A stretch of DNA of 64,000 nt from Psammoneis japonica (Eukaryota): contig QPGO01000052.1 of assembly GCA_008632985.1 (NCBI GenBank), positions 310,001 through 374,000 of the forward strand, written 5' to 3'. The notes beneath the pieces were generated by a model. It was not told where the DNA came from and ran no database searches. It saw only the letters and a list, made by a program, of their open reading frames with translations. The stretch's first letter is position 1. Each line of letters opens with the position of its first letter. This document shows positions 37,496 to 50,671 of the stretch, in pieces. The position numbers and the translations under genes were made by a program.

Positions 37496-38881
37496 ATGGT
37501 CGTATCTGGAAAAAAGGGCAAAAAAACTTCGTCAAGGCGGTCGGCCGCCGCAACTACGAGCTGTGACGCGTTTGATTGTTCAGACTTGATAGTTCCCTCC
37601 AACAAAGATTTGGTTGACGGGGTTTTGGAAGATTATGCACAAGAGTGGAAGGAGTTAGATGAGCGTAAGGTACTCGTACAGGACCAGAGACAAGTCAGAA
37701 AAGCAAAAGCCGACAACAAAAATAACGACGAGGGCGAGAAACAGGCCCAGCAGCATCGCTTGCCCTCCTGGGGATGGCACGCCAATCGATTACGTCTCCC
37801 AGAGAAATTTGATTATGCGTCTCGTGGGTCATCCCCTCCAGTTTCAAACGTTGATGGCGACATGGTTGTGTCTCTGGAAAATCCCTTGCAGCATGTTTCT
37901 TATGATGCAGAGTTGTGGAGCTTGTTTCAGTCCGTCCCGACTGCTCAACAGGTAGAGCAGCAAGCTATGGAGGGCGCCACTTGTCACCGTATGCTAAAGC
38001 TCACGCGTGAAATGACGGATACTCTGAAAGGAAACGCTCGGTCGGACGGTCACGCATTGTCCCGTATGAGACTCAGAGATAGACATGGACTCCCAACAGC
38101 GAAAACGGATGCCCGTCTTCCGTTCGTTTCAACCGTACGTATCGAATGCTGGAGAAGGCAACTGAAACGAGGTTCTTCGCCAGAAGCCCATCGAATGGAA
38201 ATGGAATTTTTAGGTTCGCAAACGCTTCTGGATGTACACGAGGCTATTGTTGAATTAAGTCAAGATGATCTTTGGGCAGGCTACAACGAAGAAGGGAGGA
38301 CTGAAAAATCGTCTGGTTTATTTTTCGTAGAAGACACGTTTTATACTACCGGACCTGTCGACTATGTCACTCCGATCATGAAATGGCTTAACGAGGATCC
38401 ACCCGATGTGGCGAAGGAACAAGTATCCTTGTCACGGCGGTACTTTCTGGGAATTGCGCCTCAAGACTTAATCACGACAACGTCCATGGATTCGGCGCGG
38501 TTGGATAGATTGAAACTTCGTCTGGGAGTACGATATCATCATGTCTTCAACGGTGATATTGAATGTTCTGTCTTTGTTACGGACATTCGGTGCACGCATG
38601 GACGTGCACAGAAGTATCCCCTTGTTCACGATATCTTGACGCCGACTTACCCCTTGGTAGAATGTGAAGCCTGTCGAAGGCTTGTGGCGTATTTTGTCGT
38701 TCCTCCTGGAAATGCCATGACTCATGGCGGTGCAACAGCATTATGTCGCTCGTGTTGCAAGCAGTTGTTCCATGACGGGGACCCAGGGAGTGTTCCAAAA
38801 ATAACTCCATACAATGTGTATCGCGAGCAGACCGATCTGTCTGTCGGACACGAAGATACCACAACTAGAACACCATTCTAG
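37496..38881 (+). CDS. SNAPC3: snRNA-activating protein complex subunit 3 (SNAP50)-like
   Basis: EFLGSQTLLDVHEAI, SGLFFVEDTFY, MDSARLDRLKLRLGVRYHHVFNGDIECSVFVTDIR, YPL, CEAC...LCRSCCKQLFH. Confidence 0.8.
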   Translation: MVVSGKKGKKTSSRRSAAATTSCDAFDCSDLIVPSNKDLVDGVLEDYAQEWKELDERKVLVQDQRQVRKAKADNKNNDEGEKQAQQHRLPSWGWHANRLRLPEKFDYASRGSSPPVSNVDGDMVVSLENPLQHVSYDAELWSLFQSVPTAQQVEQQAMEGATCHRMLKLTREMTDTLKGNARSDGHALSRMRLRDRHGLPTAKTDARLPFVSTVRIECWRRQLKRGSSPEAHRMEMEFLGSQTLLDVHEAIVELSQDDLWAGYNEEGRTEKSSGLFFVEDTFYTTGPVDYVTPIMKWLNEDPPDVAKEQVSLSRRYFLGIAPQDLITTTSMDSARLDRLKLRLGVRYHHVFNGDIECSVFVTDIRCTHGRAQKYPLVHDILTPTYPLVECEACRRLVAYFVVPPGNAMTHGGATALCRSCCKQLFHDGDPGSVPKITPYNVYREQTDLSVGHEDTTTRTPF

Positions 38882-40230
38882 ATCGGAAGGTGTTGAAAAA
38901 TTGTTATGGAACAGGTTTGTATCTTTCCTAATAGCGACAAGGCGATCACACCTGCAACGACCAATGCGGCGCCAAAATGAACTTCTGCAACGAGGCTGTT
39001 CCTTTTGAATGAGCCATACAAGCGGCAATGCGTAAAGCGGCCAAACCGAACCCGGGATGAATGCCAACGCCCGTGCAATTTGGAACGGTGCATATTTGCT
39101 CAGGGCAGGGCACAAAAGCGTCGCAAACAAAACTCCCTGAGACAAGGTAACATATTCTTTTCGCACGAATGATTGACGCTTCCACATTCAGCGTAGTTTC
39201 TTCATCTTCATAGTTACCGAGTATGTCTCTCTTGTTTCCGAGACAGTTTTATTCTTTATTCGAAGGATGGCAGACAAGGACACTATGGAGACACCCGTCA
39301 ATCCAGAACGCTATGAGATGGACAAGGAAACGGGAAATTAGCGAAGCTCAGAGTAACAAAAACTCCATCTGAACCCTCTACTTTTATCACAAATAAACTG
39401 ATTTCCAATGTAGCCATGCTCTGTCCATATTCTTTAGTGAATAGTGAAGCAAACGTGCCAAGTAGCACGTTGAGAAAGGCCATGCTGCAGCCCAGCAGTC
39501 CGTATCGTCGACGCGATTTCTTTTGACCGTCGCCGACGTTGTCCTAACCTGTATTGCGCTGGTCCAACTCACAGGTTTCGTTTACCGACTGGGATACATT
39601 TGTGAGAGACGAGGAACTCGGAAAACATTGTGCCTTTTTCTTTATTAACGCGAGAGCAGACTAGGTACCATCGTCACCCTGAAACCTGTTCAATACGCAA
39701 GTCACTGTCATTCCCTTTTTCCTTTCTGTATAACCTTTTGAATCCTTTCTTTTCATTTGCATTACGCCTGTCAGTGATAGATTCTTCATTTCGTTTTTCT
39801 TTCTCCAACTGACACCAAGACATGAATTAGCGTGAGCGCCATGCCTCCGAAAGCTTCCGGTGGCAAGGCATCTCTCAGAATTGTCCAACCAAACAACGCT
39901 GCGAGGAATGGCTTGCAATCGCACGGTTTGTGCTCGTCAACCTTAATCCCTCTAACCAGGTCCCGTCTCTATCAAGGATGCCACTGGTACTATGATAGAG
40001 AGGATAACGCCGCAAAAATGTCTGAGGCTAGTTACGAGCGACTCGTGCCAATATACTAAACAGCAGCAGACCAAATGACACCACATTACACTTGTACGTA
40101 CTGAGAGCACATGCGCTGCCTTTCCAGAAGCTATCCCAATTGACAAACCCCAACGTCATGGCAAGAGGCGCGGCCAATGCCGAAGTTTGCCGAATTTTCC
40201 TTGACGGGCAGAGACACTATAATAACTAAA
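38878..40230 (-). pseudogene. Possible frameshifted membrane-protein (DMT/EamA-like) remnant
   Basis: Hydrophobic segments scattered over several frames (e.g. GAALVVAGVIALSLLG); no continuous ORF. Confidence 0.25.
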
Positions 40231-41472
40231 ATAGGTATGCTTTTAGGTTCTGAGTTTCATTGCTCCGTGGAACGATGAGCCTTTGTCAATGGATCTCGTG
40301 TTAATGTGTTGAATGTTTTCTCGCTCTCCGTCTTCGTTGCATGAAGAATGAAGACGGACGAAAATACCGCGACCACGATGAGCAAATCCGCGACCAATGA
40401 TATGAAAAGCGCAACCAAAAATACGACTAAAACAAAGACGGCGAGGACAACGGCGAAGGAAAACCGGTGATATTCTCAATGCAATCAAAAAGGGAGACTC
40501 GAACAAGCTGACGACTGGATCTAGAGAGACTCTCCAATCATGGATCATTCAGCCAGCGCTCGTGGAAACCAAGTTTATGAGTCGGAAGAAGTCGGCGCGG
40601 CAGAAAGAACAAGGAGGTCGAAAGTCAAACAACACCACAAAAAGCCAACACATTATCACTATCACCAAGTAAATCAACATATTCCCAAAGCAGCGATGTA
40701 CGCGCCGCTCTGACAATGCGTCCGTTTCTTTTTCAATTGTATTCGTCAGCTCCACTGTAAACGAACAACGGTTTCGGTAATGGATTGCGGTTTTCAACGC
40801 CAATGAGAAGCACTGAGATCAAAAGAAACATCGTCGCATGTCTTTCCTCGCGTTTAACACCCGGCGCATCGCCAAACGCCAACAATGATGCCATTGAAAT
40901 CATTTGCATGGGGCGAAGTGAACACTTTTCTTTCCATGCTGTGCGATTTTCACGTAAATATCGTTCGCCCCTCTTCGAATCATCGTATCTCGGCTATTTA
41001 CTTTGCGGCTACAACGCAAGCTGCAATGGCACTGCAGTGAGCATGCCAGAAAATACTCGCTTGCGATGCTTCGTTAGGACGGCAACCAGCCCATATGTCC
41101 CTTACCGTATGCAAAGCAGAACAGCCACACTTCTTGCGGATGAGATGCTTTCTGAACCCAAAACATAGGTATTTATTCCAGTAAGTCGAGAGGCACTTCT
41201 CTACACGTGCTTTTGGAACTCACAACCGAAGGAAACAATACCAGTGCGTTGAAGGTAACTAACACAAATGCCCTCCACTGTGTTGTGTGGGCGAGTTCCC
41301 CGTAATTCATCGCGCCACTGACAGATTTTGGTGTGCCTTCTATCTAGCGAGCCGAAAAACAAGACAACGTCAGTCTCTCTTCTTTCAACATTTTATCCTT
41401 TGCTAGCAAAGTAGTTGCTTTCGAAAGCACTCGGCGCATCCGTTTTTTCATCCATGCTCTGTCGTCCGGCAG

Positions 41473-42262
41473 TCACCGTTGAGGCGAATTGTTTTCTGTG
41501 GAGGCTTTGATGGCAAGGACAAGAGCTTCGGCTGCACTCATGTCGGGTATGCCAAATACTAAGTCCATCGGATGGCTTTCCATCATATGCATTGAATTTT
41601 GCCACCTTACGCTTTCGCTAGCGGCGATTTGAATCGCCTTCTCTAGCGGAAACCCACGACCGCCAGCCCCCAATAAGGGGCAGGCAATTCTTCTGGTAGA
41701 TGATGATTTATCTAGAGACGATGACAGTGACAATGCGCTCCGATAGCTCGTGGCGAGATACTTTTCCGGATTCTCGTGGTACTTGAAAAAGGGCGGCACC
41801 GTGTGCACTATATGGTCGAAATCCGCCATAGTCCACCCGGACCGGTAGCAACAGCTTCCCCTACAGAGCATTTTTCTTTCCCGCCTTTCAACATCATACA
41901 ACTTATTCGCAGCTTCATCCACCAAGCTCATGGACAAGCCCATCAACGACGTTTTCCCGAAAAAGCATTCCATCCTTCAAGTCCATATCCCCCCACTTGG
42001 ACACGTAGCCCATGATGTGATGGGAGTCTTTCGTCGGTTGACGATGTGGTTCAGGCCCACCACGAGGAAAGTATGGCAACTTATTCACCCCCAGCAGAGA
42101 TGGACTCGAAGGATTGATCAAAACAGAGCATTTTGGTACCTTTCTCTTTCCGGAATTTCGCACAATACAAGTTGTATTCCAGACTTCGATTTGATGATGG
42201 CCACGTTTAAAGAAGTAAACGGGCTTGGGAATAGATCTTGGCTTGTACCACACCGTCGCCAT
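41473..42262 (-). pseudogene. Macro-domain (ADP-ribose-binding/hydrolase) protein with two apparent frameshifts
   Basis: LINPS.P.L.G, VDGLVHELGG, C.VGEAVATGPG (middle frame), HIVHTVPP, LATSYRSAL, IACPLLGAGGRGFP. Frame breaks near 41915 and 41830. Confidence 0.75.
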
Positions 42263-42735
42263 GCTAATCGAGTTGATAAGCCATAGGGCCTAGAGTTGGT
42301 TTTGGTGAAGGGTGTTGACGTGTTCGTGTTGGCTATGTCTGAAAAATAAAAAAATAAGAAAATGTGAGGTGGTGTGAAGTTTTAAAAAATAAGGTGGCGT
42401 TGTGCATGCGTGGATCGGACGGATGAGCGAATGAACTTCATCAATCAGCGATCAACGACGAATGATTAAATTAATGTATGTATAAAAAATATTTAAGTAA
42501 TTGTATTTAGAAACACATATTTGAATAACCCGACTTTCGGCGACACGCACGCGCCACCCACTGTTGCATTGTGCATTGTCACATTGACTGCGCGCGCAAG
42601 ATGATCAGCTGAAGATGATGGAGTAGGTCTAGAGAGAAGAGCGATAGAACTGATGAGGCATAGACGGGAGATGAATTGAGAGAGTTTACTTTCGCATCAA
42701 TTACTCGAATCTTTGCAAATAAGTACAGAAAAACA

Positions 42736-45213
42736 ATGGGGCGGCAAAGATCAAAACGTCGCCAGCTTCCTATTGCGAACAAGTCGGGAAGGGCACATCA
42801 TTCATTTATTCCATTGCTGCTTCTCGCTTCCACCTGTTTGGATTCAATCCGCATGTGCAACCTTGATGGACATGATATGATCACCTTAGCAGTTTTTCGA
42901 GGAGTAGTCGCGTTCTCTTCGTATTCCTTCCCCCCACCGAGAAGAAAACAAACGACGAGACCAAACGTTCAACAACGAAACTTAAATGCATTCTACCGAC
43001 GACCAAACCTGAGCAGCTTGCCGGTTGCTTACTTACAGTCGTTTGATAACGAAGGTGTCTCGAATGAAACACAAATGATTCCATACCTTAGAGACCGCGA
43101 AACTGATCACAACTCATTTCACAAAGAAGTCCAGAAAAAAGACAGGGACAAGACATCAAGAGCATCGCTTACAGCAGGCCTTTCCAAATTTCATCAACGC
43201 ATCTTGAGTTCGACCATTGAACGCCAGCGGTTCGTGACAGGTCGATATCCTTTGGTGGTGTCCATTCAAGAAAACCCAACACGGAAATGGCTTGGTTTGG
43301 GGCGCAAGCAGTCAACATCTCAAATTCTCGTCAACGGGACATCTGTAGACAGAAGTTTGGCGTCCTATGATCGGTTCCAGTGGCTCGACGATGACGAAAG
43401 ACAAGAGCTGCACGATCGATATGCGATGTTCAGCTTGGAGTTGTTAGCCGAGATTCGCTCCAAAAAGCCGGCCTACTTGAATGTGTTGCCTGCCTATGGT
43501 GCTGGGTCTACATCTGCTGCAAGACGTGCTGCGGATAAAGAGAGTCCCAAGTGGGACAGGTGGAAGAGAAACAGTGTCCTGTTTAGGAAGCTGGGTGAAT
43601 CCATCCGTTTAGAATCACGCCGAGATCGGCTCTGGACGACTGGGTTCTCGCTTACGAAACAAGGAGGAGACGTTCACAGTGTTGACGCTGAGTCGGGTCA
43701 CATTAGTTCTATCGACTCAACAACTCAGAACTCTATAGTGTGGCCAAACGAAGTCAACTCTGTTCCTGTTCAGAGGTATGTTTGCGGCTCAGAAGGAAAA
43801 ACTTTCGATGAAGTACAAACACGGACCGATGAGCTGGAGGACGCACTATTGATAAGCGATGGTTTTTTGGTGCCCGGGAGGGACAGCGGGGGCTTGCGCA
43901 TCGTGCGTAACCCAGGAAGTTCGGAGTCGGAATGGAGCGTGTCATTGACTGGTAGCGGAGAAACGGATGGCTGGTTTTACCATAGAGCAACGTGGGTTGA
44001 TTTGACTGGAGATGGTCGAAAGTCTATATTAGCTGCGCGAGCGAGACGCCCGTCCATGAGTTCTTCCCCAGCAATGACTCAGCTAGTGTGGCTCGAGAGA
44101 CCAGAGCCTTTCAAAGTAGATAAAGGAACTGGAACCCCGCTTGAAAGCGACGGGACAACTTTCGATCCATTTAGTAGGCTCCATACACCGTGGAAGATTC
44201 AGTAAGTGATTCATCTTGTACGTGTTTTCTCTGTGTCCTTCGTGCTCCTTCTCAAAGCAACATTGAATTCGACTGTGACAAATAGCGTATTAGACGAGGG
44301 GCCTGATGTGATGTTCAGCGTTGCAGATCTTGATACAACCGATGATACGGTGGAGGTGCTTGCTAGCCAATTCTTTAACCGGAAACTTTCGTTGCATTCA
44401 ATCAAACGAGGTCGACGACCCGAAATTGTGTTTCGACGCATAATTGATAGCAAATGTGGCGCGGCATTTAGTTCCATGTTGGCAAATCTTGACAACAGTG
44501 AGGCTACCAAAAATTCGAATAGGATGGTCGTTGATTCGGGTAGCACAGTGGCCACTCTTCAGCCTGGAGACAACTTTTCACATCTTCTAGTAACGAGCCA
44601 CGAGTGTCAAGTGTATGACAAAGAAGGTGGTGATTACTCAACCTCTTCCAGCAAGGAGGGTGGGATTGAAAGTATCAACGGTATGTCCGAAGAGCCGTCA
44701 GTTGAGGGTGGCTCTCTTTTTGCGTACCGTGTCCCCGTTGGAAAAGATGCTTGGAAAAGTGAACCGTGGGTGAGAACCGTCATTGCTTCGGGTTTCCGAG
44801 TGAAGCCGCAACTAAGCAATGCGATCAACCCTGGAGCCCCTGGATTTTGTTACACCTTCTATCCCACAAAGGATGGAGCAAAATCTCCCGGTGAACCAGA
44901 AAGTACATGGAGGCGACCCTTGATAGCTGTAGCTGGAGACTGCGCAGAATCAGCTTATCTCTTTCGACCAGTTAGCAGGACTTCAGCTGCTGCTAGTTCA
45001 GGATCCGATGCCAGCGCTGCCTATGCTCTAATGTGTGAGCTACAGTGCGGCGCCACCGTGGGTTCCATTGGCGTTGGGTACGACGACTTTTGCAGCGCTG
45101 AGCAGGAGAGTGGCTATGCAAAGATATACATCCCATGCTACGAAAAGGACAAAATATTCGTGTTCGCAATGGGGAGTGGCGAGGATGATTATGACACATA
45201 CTCTGATTGTTAG
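42736..45213 (+). CDS. Uncharacterised FG-GAP/VCBS-like beta-propeller protein (2 exons, intron ~44202-44285)
   Basis: SDGFLVPG, GWFYHRATWVDLTGDGRKSILAARA, LDEGPDVMF.VADLD, GAPGF, IAVAGD; gtaagt...atag intron. Confidence 0.75.
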
Positions 45214-45270
45214 AGATAGATAATGATTCTACACGACTATCGAACTCATGCTAGTTATGTCGAGGTCAAC

Positions 45271-46866
45271 TTAGGAGAAACGCGTCGCAATAGATCCATG
45301 GTATGGAACAGAAGCAATGTCGCCCACGGCAGCAATCGCAGGATTCGACTTCAACATGGCCGAAAGGGCAGCATTCACATCTTTTTCCGTGATTGCATCG
45401 TACGCCGCAGCCACGCCAGTAGCACTAAAGCTACCGGTCTCCAGGACAGATTCTGTCATGGATGCAGCAAGTGCCTGACTACCACTGTCAAGCGCGAAAA
45501 GTGCATCTGCTTTGGCAAGTGCCTTCGCCCGCTTCACGACATCCGAAGAAGCCTTTGTTGTCAAGGCAGCACTCAAGTTGTCAACAATGGCAGACGCACC
45601 AGCTGACGGAGCAGCAGCATAAACACCAACAAGACCTGATGATGCAAAACCAGAAACACCATCGCCACCCATCATCGACAGGCAGGTTCTAAGGACATTC
45701 AACAACGGAGTCGACGATGCGGGTCCTTCAAAGCCAAGAGCGACGTGCGCAAATTCAGCCGACGAAGCTACGCGAGCTTCTCCTCCAATATAGGAGGCAG
45801 GTGCAACGCCTCCCTCAGAACCAGCAGCAGCCCCCGAAAGACTTTCTTCCACAGCGGCAACAAAAGCGCCATGGTCGGGAATTCCTGTCGCAGTGAGGAC
45901 TGCTCCATTCAAACCGTAAGCCTTGCTGCGAAAAGATTTGATAGCATCCATAGTAGCGTCGTTCGAATAGTAAGGTCTTCCCATGGTAGATTGGGCACCA
46001 TAGGCGGCAGCAAAAAGCTGTTCAGTTAGCACAGCCTGTGTGGTTTGGGATTCAACCACGGGTAGCAAACAACAGCGATAAAAGAAAAAAAGTGATGAGT
46101 TGATACATGAAGCAAAAGACCTATCCATATTGCCTTTCACACAAACACACCTGAGAACTGGTGCTAGCTTCCTCGATTTCAATTCCCGCGCTTTTCTTGG
46201 CATCTCGAACATCCCACTTTTCAAAGCTACAATCCGTGGCAAGAAGGGGTACGAGCTCCGCGGCTGCATCCGGCGCCCCCGTGAAACCGACTGTTGCACC
46301 GCGGCGACCAGCTGTGGCAAAGGGTTCCGCACCATGATCTTGAATAATACGTAGAATCAGAGCCGACGAAGTATCGGATCCAGACTTGAAGGCGAGATAC
46401 TTGTTGATCAGAGCAGCTCCCGATTCCGACAAATCTTCGTCTGCAGACCCAGCTTTTGGAAAGGTTAAAGATACAGTTGATGACGAAGACGCATTTTCTG
46501 ACACAACCGTAAGTCCACTCGCAAGGGCAGATACTGAGGTTTCACTGGCTTTGGCCGGAGTGTCGATAACGGTGGGGATCCTAGAGAGAGGAAGAACAGA
46601 GAATGTGAGGAGCGCAAAAAAAAAGACTTCGAACCCTTCTCAAGTACGTAGAAATCCTGTAGAAAAGTACTGAGCGAGCAACCCTCGGACGGATACAAAC
46701 ATGCCGATTGGACGATCAGGAGCGAACGATTGGCGTGCCGGAAATATCGGCGTTCCACTCACCCAGGAAATTCCTCAGTAGGTGCAACAAGAGCAGAAAG
46801 CTCTCGTCGAGCCAAAATGGCAGTACCCCTACGGGCAAGCACGCTACGAACGGTCAAGCTCGCCAT
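45271..46866 (-). CDS. Mitochondrial M16 family protein (cytochrome bc1 core / MPP-alpha-like, non-catalytic), 3 exons
   Basis: Transit peptide MASLTVRSVLARR; GLTVVSE, AGS.DE...GAALINKYLAFKS, YIGGEARV, AHVALGFEG, PAIAAVGDIASVPY. Confidence 0.85.
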
Positions 46867-47107
46867 TGTTGGGCGGAGAATGATGAAAAAGCAGTGCGTG
46901 CGTGATGCGCAGATCCGTCATTCTGTAGAAGCCTACGCAGGTTTATACTGAGGTGATATCTCCCCGTGAAAGAAGTACGGGGAATGGGTTCAGCACTTTC
47001 TCTGAAAGGAGAATTCCTCATTCCTCCATGAAAATAACCGTTGGCTTTTCATTCAAAATCGAGGCAGATAGACACAAACAACAAACAACGCAACACGACG
47101 GTTCACC

Positions 47108-48051
47108 ATGACGTCCGTCGAAAGCCAAACTGTTATCTCGCTAAAAGGCAGCGTCGAAATCGTCTCTGAGTTCTTCTTTACAGCCATAAACTCGATTCTC
47201 TATCAAAGAGGTGAGAGCGAGTGTGGCGTGCAAACATACCTTCCATCCACCGTCTCCTGTTATTTCGCTCACAGCTGACGTTTTATTCATTGTTTGGTTC
47301 TACTCATAGGCATTTATCAGCCCGAGAACTTCAAGAGAGAGACCAAGTATGGTCTCACTGTACTGACATCTACCGACGATGGCCTACTCAACTACTTAAA
47401 CCAAGTTATGGGGCAGATGGAGTCTTGGCTACTGAATGGTGATGTGCAGCGTCTGGTAGTTGTTGTGTCCGGAATCGACACTCAAGAAACTCTTGAACGC
47501 TGGCAGTTCAACGTGGACGTCGACGAGCCTGAAAACCCTGCAACAGAGGGAGGCGGTGACGAGAATATGTCTCACAACAGCAACACTAGCGCCCCGTCTT
47601 CTTCCAAGAAGAGAGGCAAATCCATCAAGGAGATCCACAACGAGATTCAAGCCATTATTCGACAAATCACTGCAAGTGTAAGTCAGGCAAAACGGTATCG
47701 TGACTCGAATATCTTGATGCAGGTCTTTCTTATATGCTGTTTGCTTTTCTTGCGGTCTAGGTAACGTTTTTGCCGCTCCTGAATGAGCCCTGTTCATTCG
47801 ATTTGCTCATCTACACCAACAAGGACGCAGTCGTGCCACAGAAGTGGGCCGACTCGGACCCTCGCTTCATTATGAACTCCCAAGAGGTGAAACTTCGCAG
47901 CTTTACGACATCGGTAAGTTTGTTTCTGTTTGCTTTTCCTCGTGTTGGGGTACTTTTGTCCCCTTACAGTTTGAATAAAATGGTATGTCTTTAGGTGCAT
48001 AAGGTTGACTCGATGGTGACCTACAAGGAAGCCGATGAGTGGGAGCTTTAG
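47108..48051 (+). CDS. MAD2: Spindle checkpoint HORMA protein MAD2 (4 exons)
   Basis: ISLKGSVEIVSEFF..AINSILYQRGIY.PE.F, TLERWQF, IQAIIRQITASVTFLPLL, FDLLIYT, VKLRSFTTSVHKVDSMVTY. Confidence 0.96.
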
Positions 48052-48559
48052 GATTTTTCTGATGGGGACTTTCTAGTTCATTTTAGCAAACGACTGGATA
48101 TTCACGATCCGATGAAAACAAAATAGCATTGCTGTATGCATCATTCGTACAAAAATTGTATTTAGTCCGTTCTAAAAGATGCCAATGCTGGAGATATTAT
48201 ACTGTAGGTGTGTTAAAGACCTGTGATTTCGACGAATGACTGGACAACTAGACTAAGTACCGCATCATTTAATTCATAGGGACCCTACATGATGGTAATT
48301 TGTGACTGACTCTAATGCAGTAGATCTCTCTGGTGCACGAACCAAGCCAATAGTCAAGAAAACTTTTGACAACGTGTGTCCAAAGATCGAGCGAGGGATT
48401 CCCGGCGCCGGACAGTGCAGTAGAGCATGGCCTACAGTCGAGAGCATTATATAAACACGGATTCTAAGAGTAAAGGATCTACGAATTTCGGCCGTTAGCC
48501 CTCATAAATATCAACAGCTCTCGATGCAAGTACACACCACGGGTTCCGATGCGGAAAGT

Positions 48560-49490
48560 TTAAGCAGCCTCCGACTGCTGCTTTCCCTTTTTCTCCTTCC
48601 AGTCAGTTACAGCAGCTTTAATAGCATCTTCAGCAAGCATAGAGCAATGAAGTTTCACAGGAGGAAGCTTGAGATGGGCTGCAATATCGGTGTTCTTGAT
48701 GGAAAGAACTTCGTCCACATTCTTCCCTTTGATCCATTCCGTCGCTGGCAGCAGGAAAAGAACGACGTTGAGCATGAGCAACAACCGCAAGTCCGAGACT
48801 TTTCACAATACGAATGCAAGAATACATACCTACAGAACTAGAAGCAATGGCAGATCCACATCCAAACGTTTTAAACTTGGACTCCGTGATGTTCCCGTCG
48901 TCGTCCACTTTGATCTGAAGTTTCATGACATCTCCACAAGCGGGAGCACCGACAAGTCCCTGTCAGATAAACAATGGCGAGAAGAAGACAGTGTAACAAG
49001 AAATGTCAGCAAGTGGAAGAGATGAAAGAGCGAGCGGCGAGCACAAAGCAAAATCAAAGAGCATCCAACATCGAGAGACGAAAATGTGAGCGAAACAAAG
49101 TGCTGACGTCAGCAGAAGTAGGGGAACGCCGTAGAAATGTACGGAGATGCGATCTGGATTCTGAAGAATTTTCACGATGACATCCATCCTACGATGATGC
49201 TCTTTGCGGTCCATGAACTAAACAATCTACCAACAAAACGCATAAGAACAACCAAACATATACCAAAGCGCACCAAATCACCGGATTCTGCAATACAGAA
49301 AGGACGAATAACAGAAACATACCGTTCCAACATTCTCGTCATTCTTGTCGAGGGAACCAACGTTTCGGGGATTCTCGTAGTGTTCGACAATGTTTTCATG
49401 ATATAACCTTTGCTGCGAGAGAATAGGAGCCGAACGAGAGGAAAGAAGCGCTCTTCTCGAGGCAGCGGCAACTGTGGAAGCGAGCATCAT
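48560..49490 (-). CDS. ISCU: Mitochondrial Fe-S cluster scaffold ISCU/ISU1 (3 exons)
   Basis: YHENIVEHYENPRNVGSLD, GLVGAPACGDVMKLQI, KFKTFGCGSAIASSS, LPPVKLHCSMLAEDAIKAA. Confidence 0.97.
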
Positions 49491-49823
49491 CTTGGTGTTG
49501 ACTACTGTACGGATTGAAACAACGGTGGAAATAATGAGGAATGTTGAAGGCGCGCGAGATGGGGGCAAAAAGAGCTGAAAAGAAATCAACATCGGATTCC
49601 CTACAACGACAAATCTACGTGAACTTTCTCGATGAGAAAAGGCAAGAATGGAATTTTGAAATTCGTTTGACGCCGGCTCCTCGACGACTCCACGTCTCTC
49701 TCTCTATTCCTAGGGTACTCCTCGCCTTCCCACAGTTTCCTTTTATGTAAAGAGGCTCTCTAGCTAGAGGTGCACTCAACTCTTCTCCGTGCAACTCCAG
49801 AACTTGTTTTGGCAATTTTAAGA

Positions 49824-50270
49824 ATGAACTGGACGGATCTGTTGTCTATTGTATTCGTTGGTGCCTTCTGGGGATGCACAAACCCATTATTACGAAGGGG
49901 ATCGGCCGAAACTGAAGCCGACGAGGAGACACGAAAGGAAGACAAAGCATCGTTCTCCCTCCGACGTTCGCTTTCGAAATTTCGACGAATTCAAGTATGG
50001 CTCCCCTATATGCTCAATCAATGCGGTTCTTTATTATACTACAAGGTTTTGGCGACATCGGACTTGACGTTTGCCGTGCCGGTATGCAACGCCCTTTCTT
50101 TGGTGTTTAGTTTCTGCACCAGTCTTTTTTTGGGAGAGCGGGTGGACAAACCTTTTCGAGCCTTTGCCGGGGCGTCCTTGGTTATGACGGGCATTGCTAT
50201 CTGCATGTCATCAAGAGAGCTAGATCTTCAGTCACCTTGGACAGATACCATAGAAGAAGGAGAGCTATGA
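49824..50270 (+). CDS. TMEM234: Transmembrane protein 234 homologue
   Basis: VGAFWGCTNPLLRRGS, PYMLNQCGSLLYY..LA..DLTFAVPVCNAL..VF. Confidence 0.88.
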   Translation: MNWTDLLSIVFVGAFWGCTNPLLRRGSAETEADEETRKEDKASFSLRRSLSKFRRIQVWLPYMLNQCGSLLYYKVLATSDLTFAVPVCNALSLVFSFCTSLFLGERVDKPFRAFAGASLVMTGIAICMSSRELDLQSPWTDTIEEGEL

Positions 50271-50671
50271 CGAGGGACGGGAAAGGTGTTTGACTTTTGA
50301 CAGGCTCTTCTGTACGCTCTACGAATGGGACTTTTTGCCGCTGCGAAGAATGCGTACAGCGTCTTATTTCACAATGATGGCTTGAAAGCAGGTTGACAGC
50401 CAAATTGATATCGGGCGCTTCCAGAAGACGCCGGGCGATTTCTCTTTCGGGGTTGCAAACAACGTCATGTTTGTTGGTACCGGCGCTGGTGGGTCGGTTG
50501 TTTATCCTTTTGGTTCAATGAATAACCAGCAGTGCAGGCTCAATGTTCCGAAGACGCAACACACAACATTACCAAACACTCTCAGACTACACACAACGTG
50601 CTCTCTGTACCCATCAACCTCAACCGTTTGACATGCAACTCATTCGTCCACACCAATCGAAAAGAAACTCC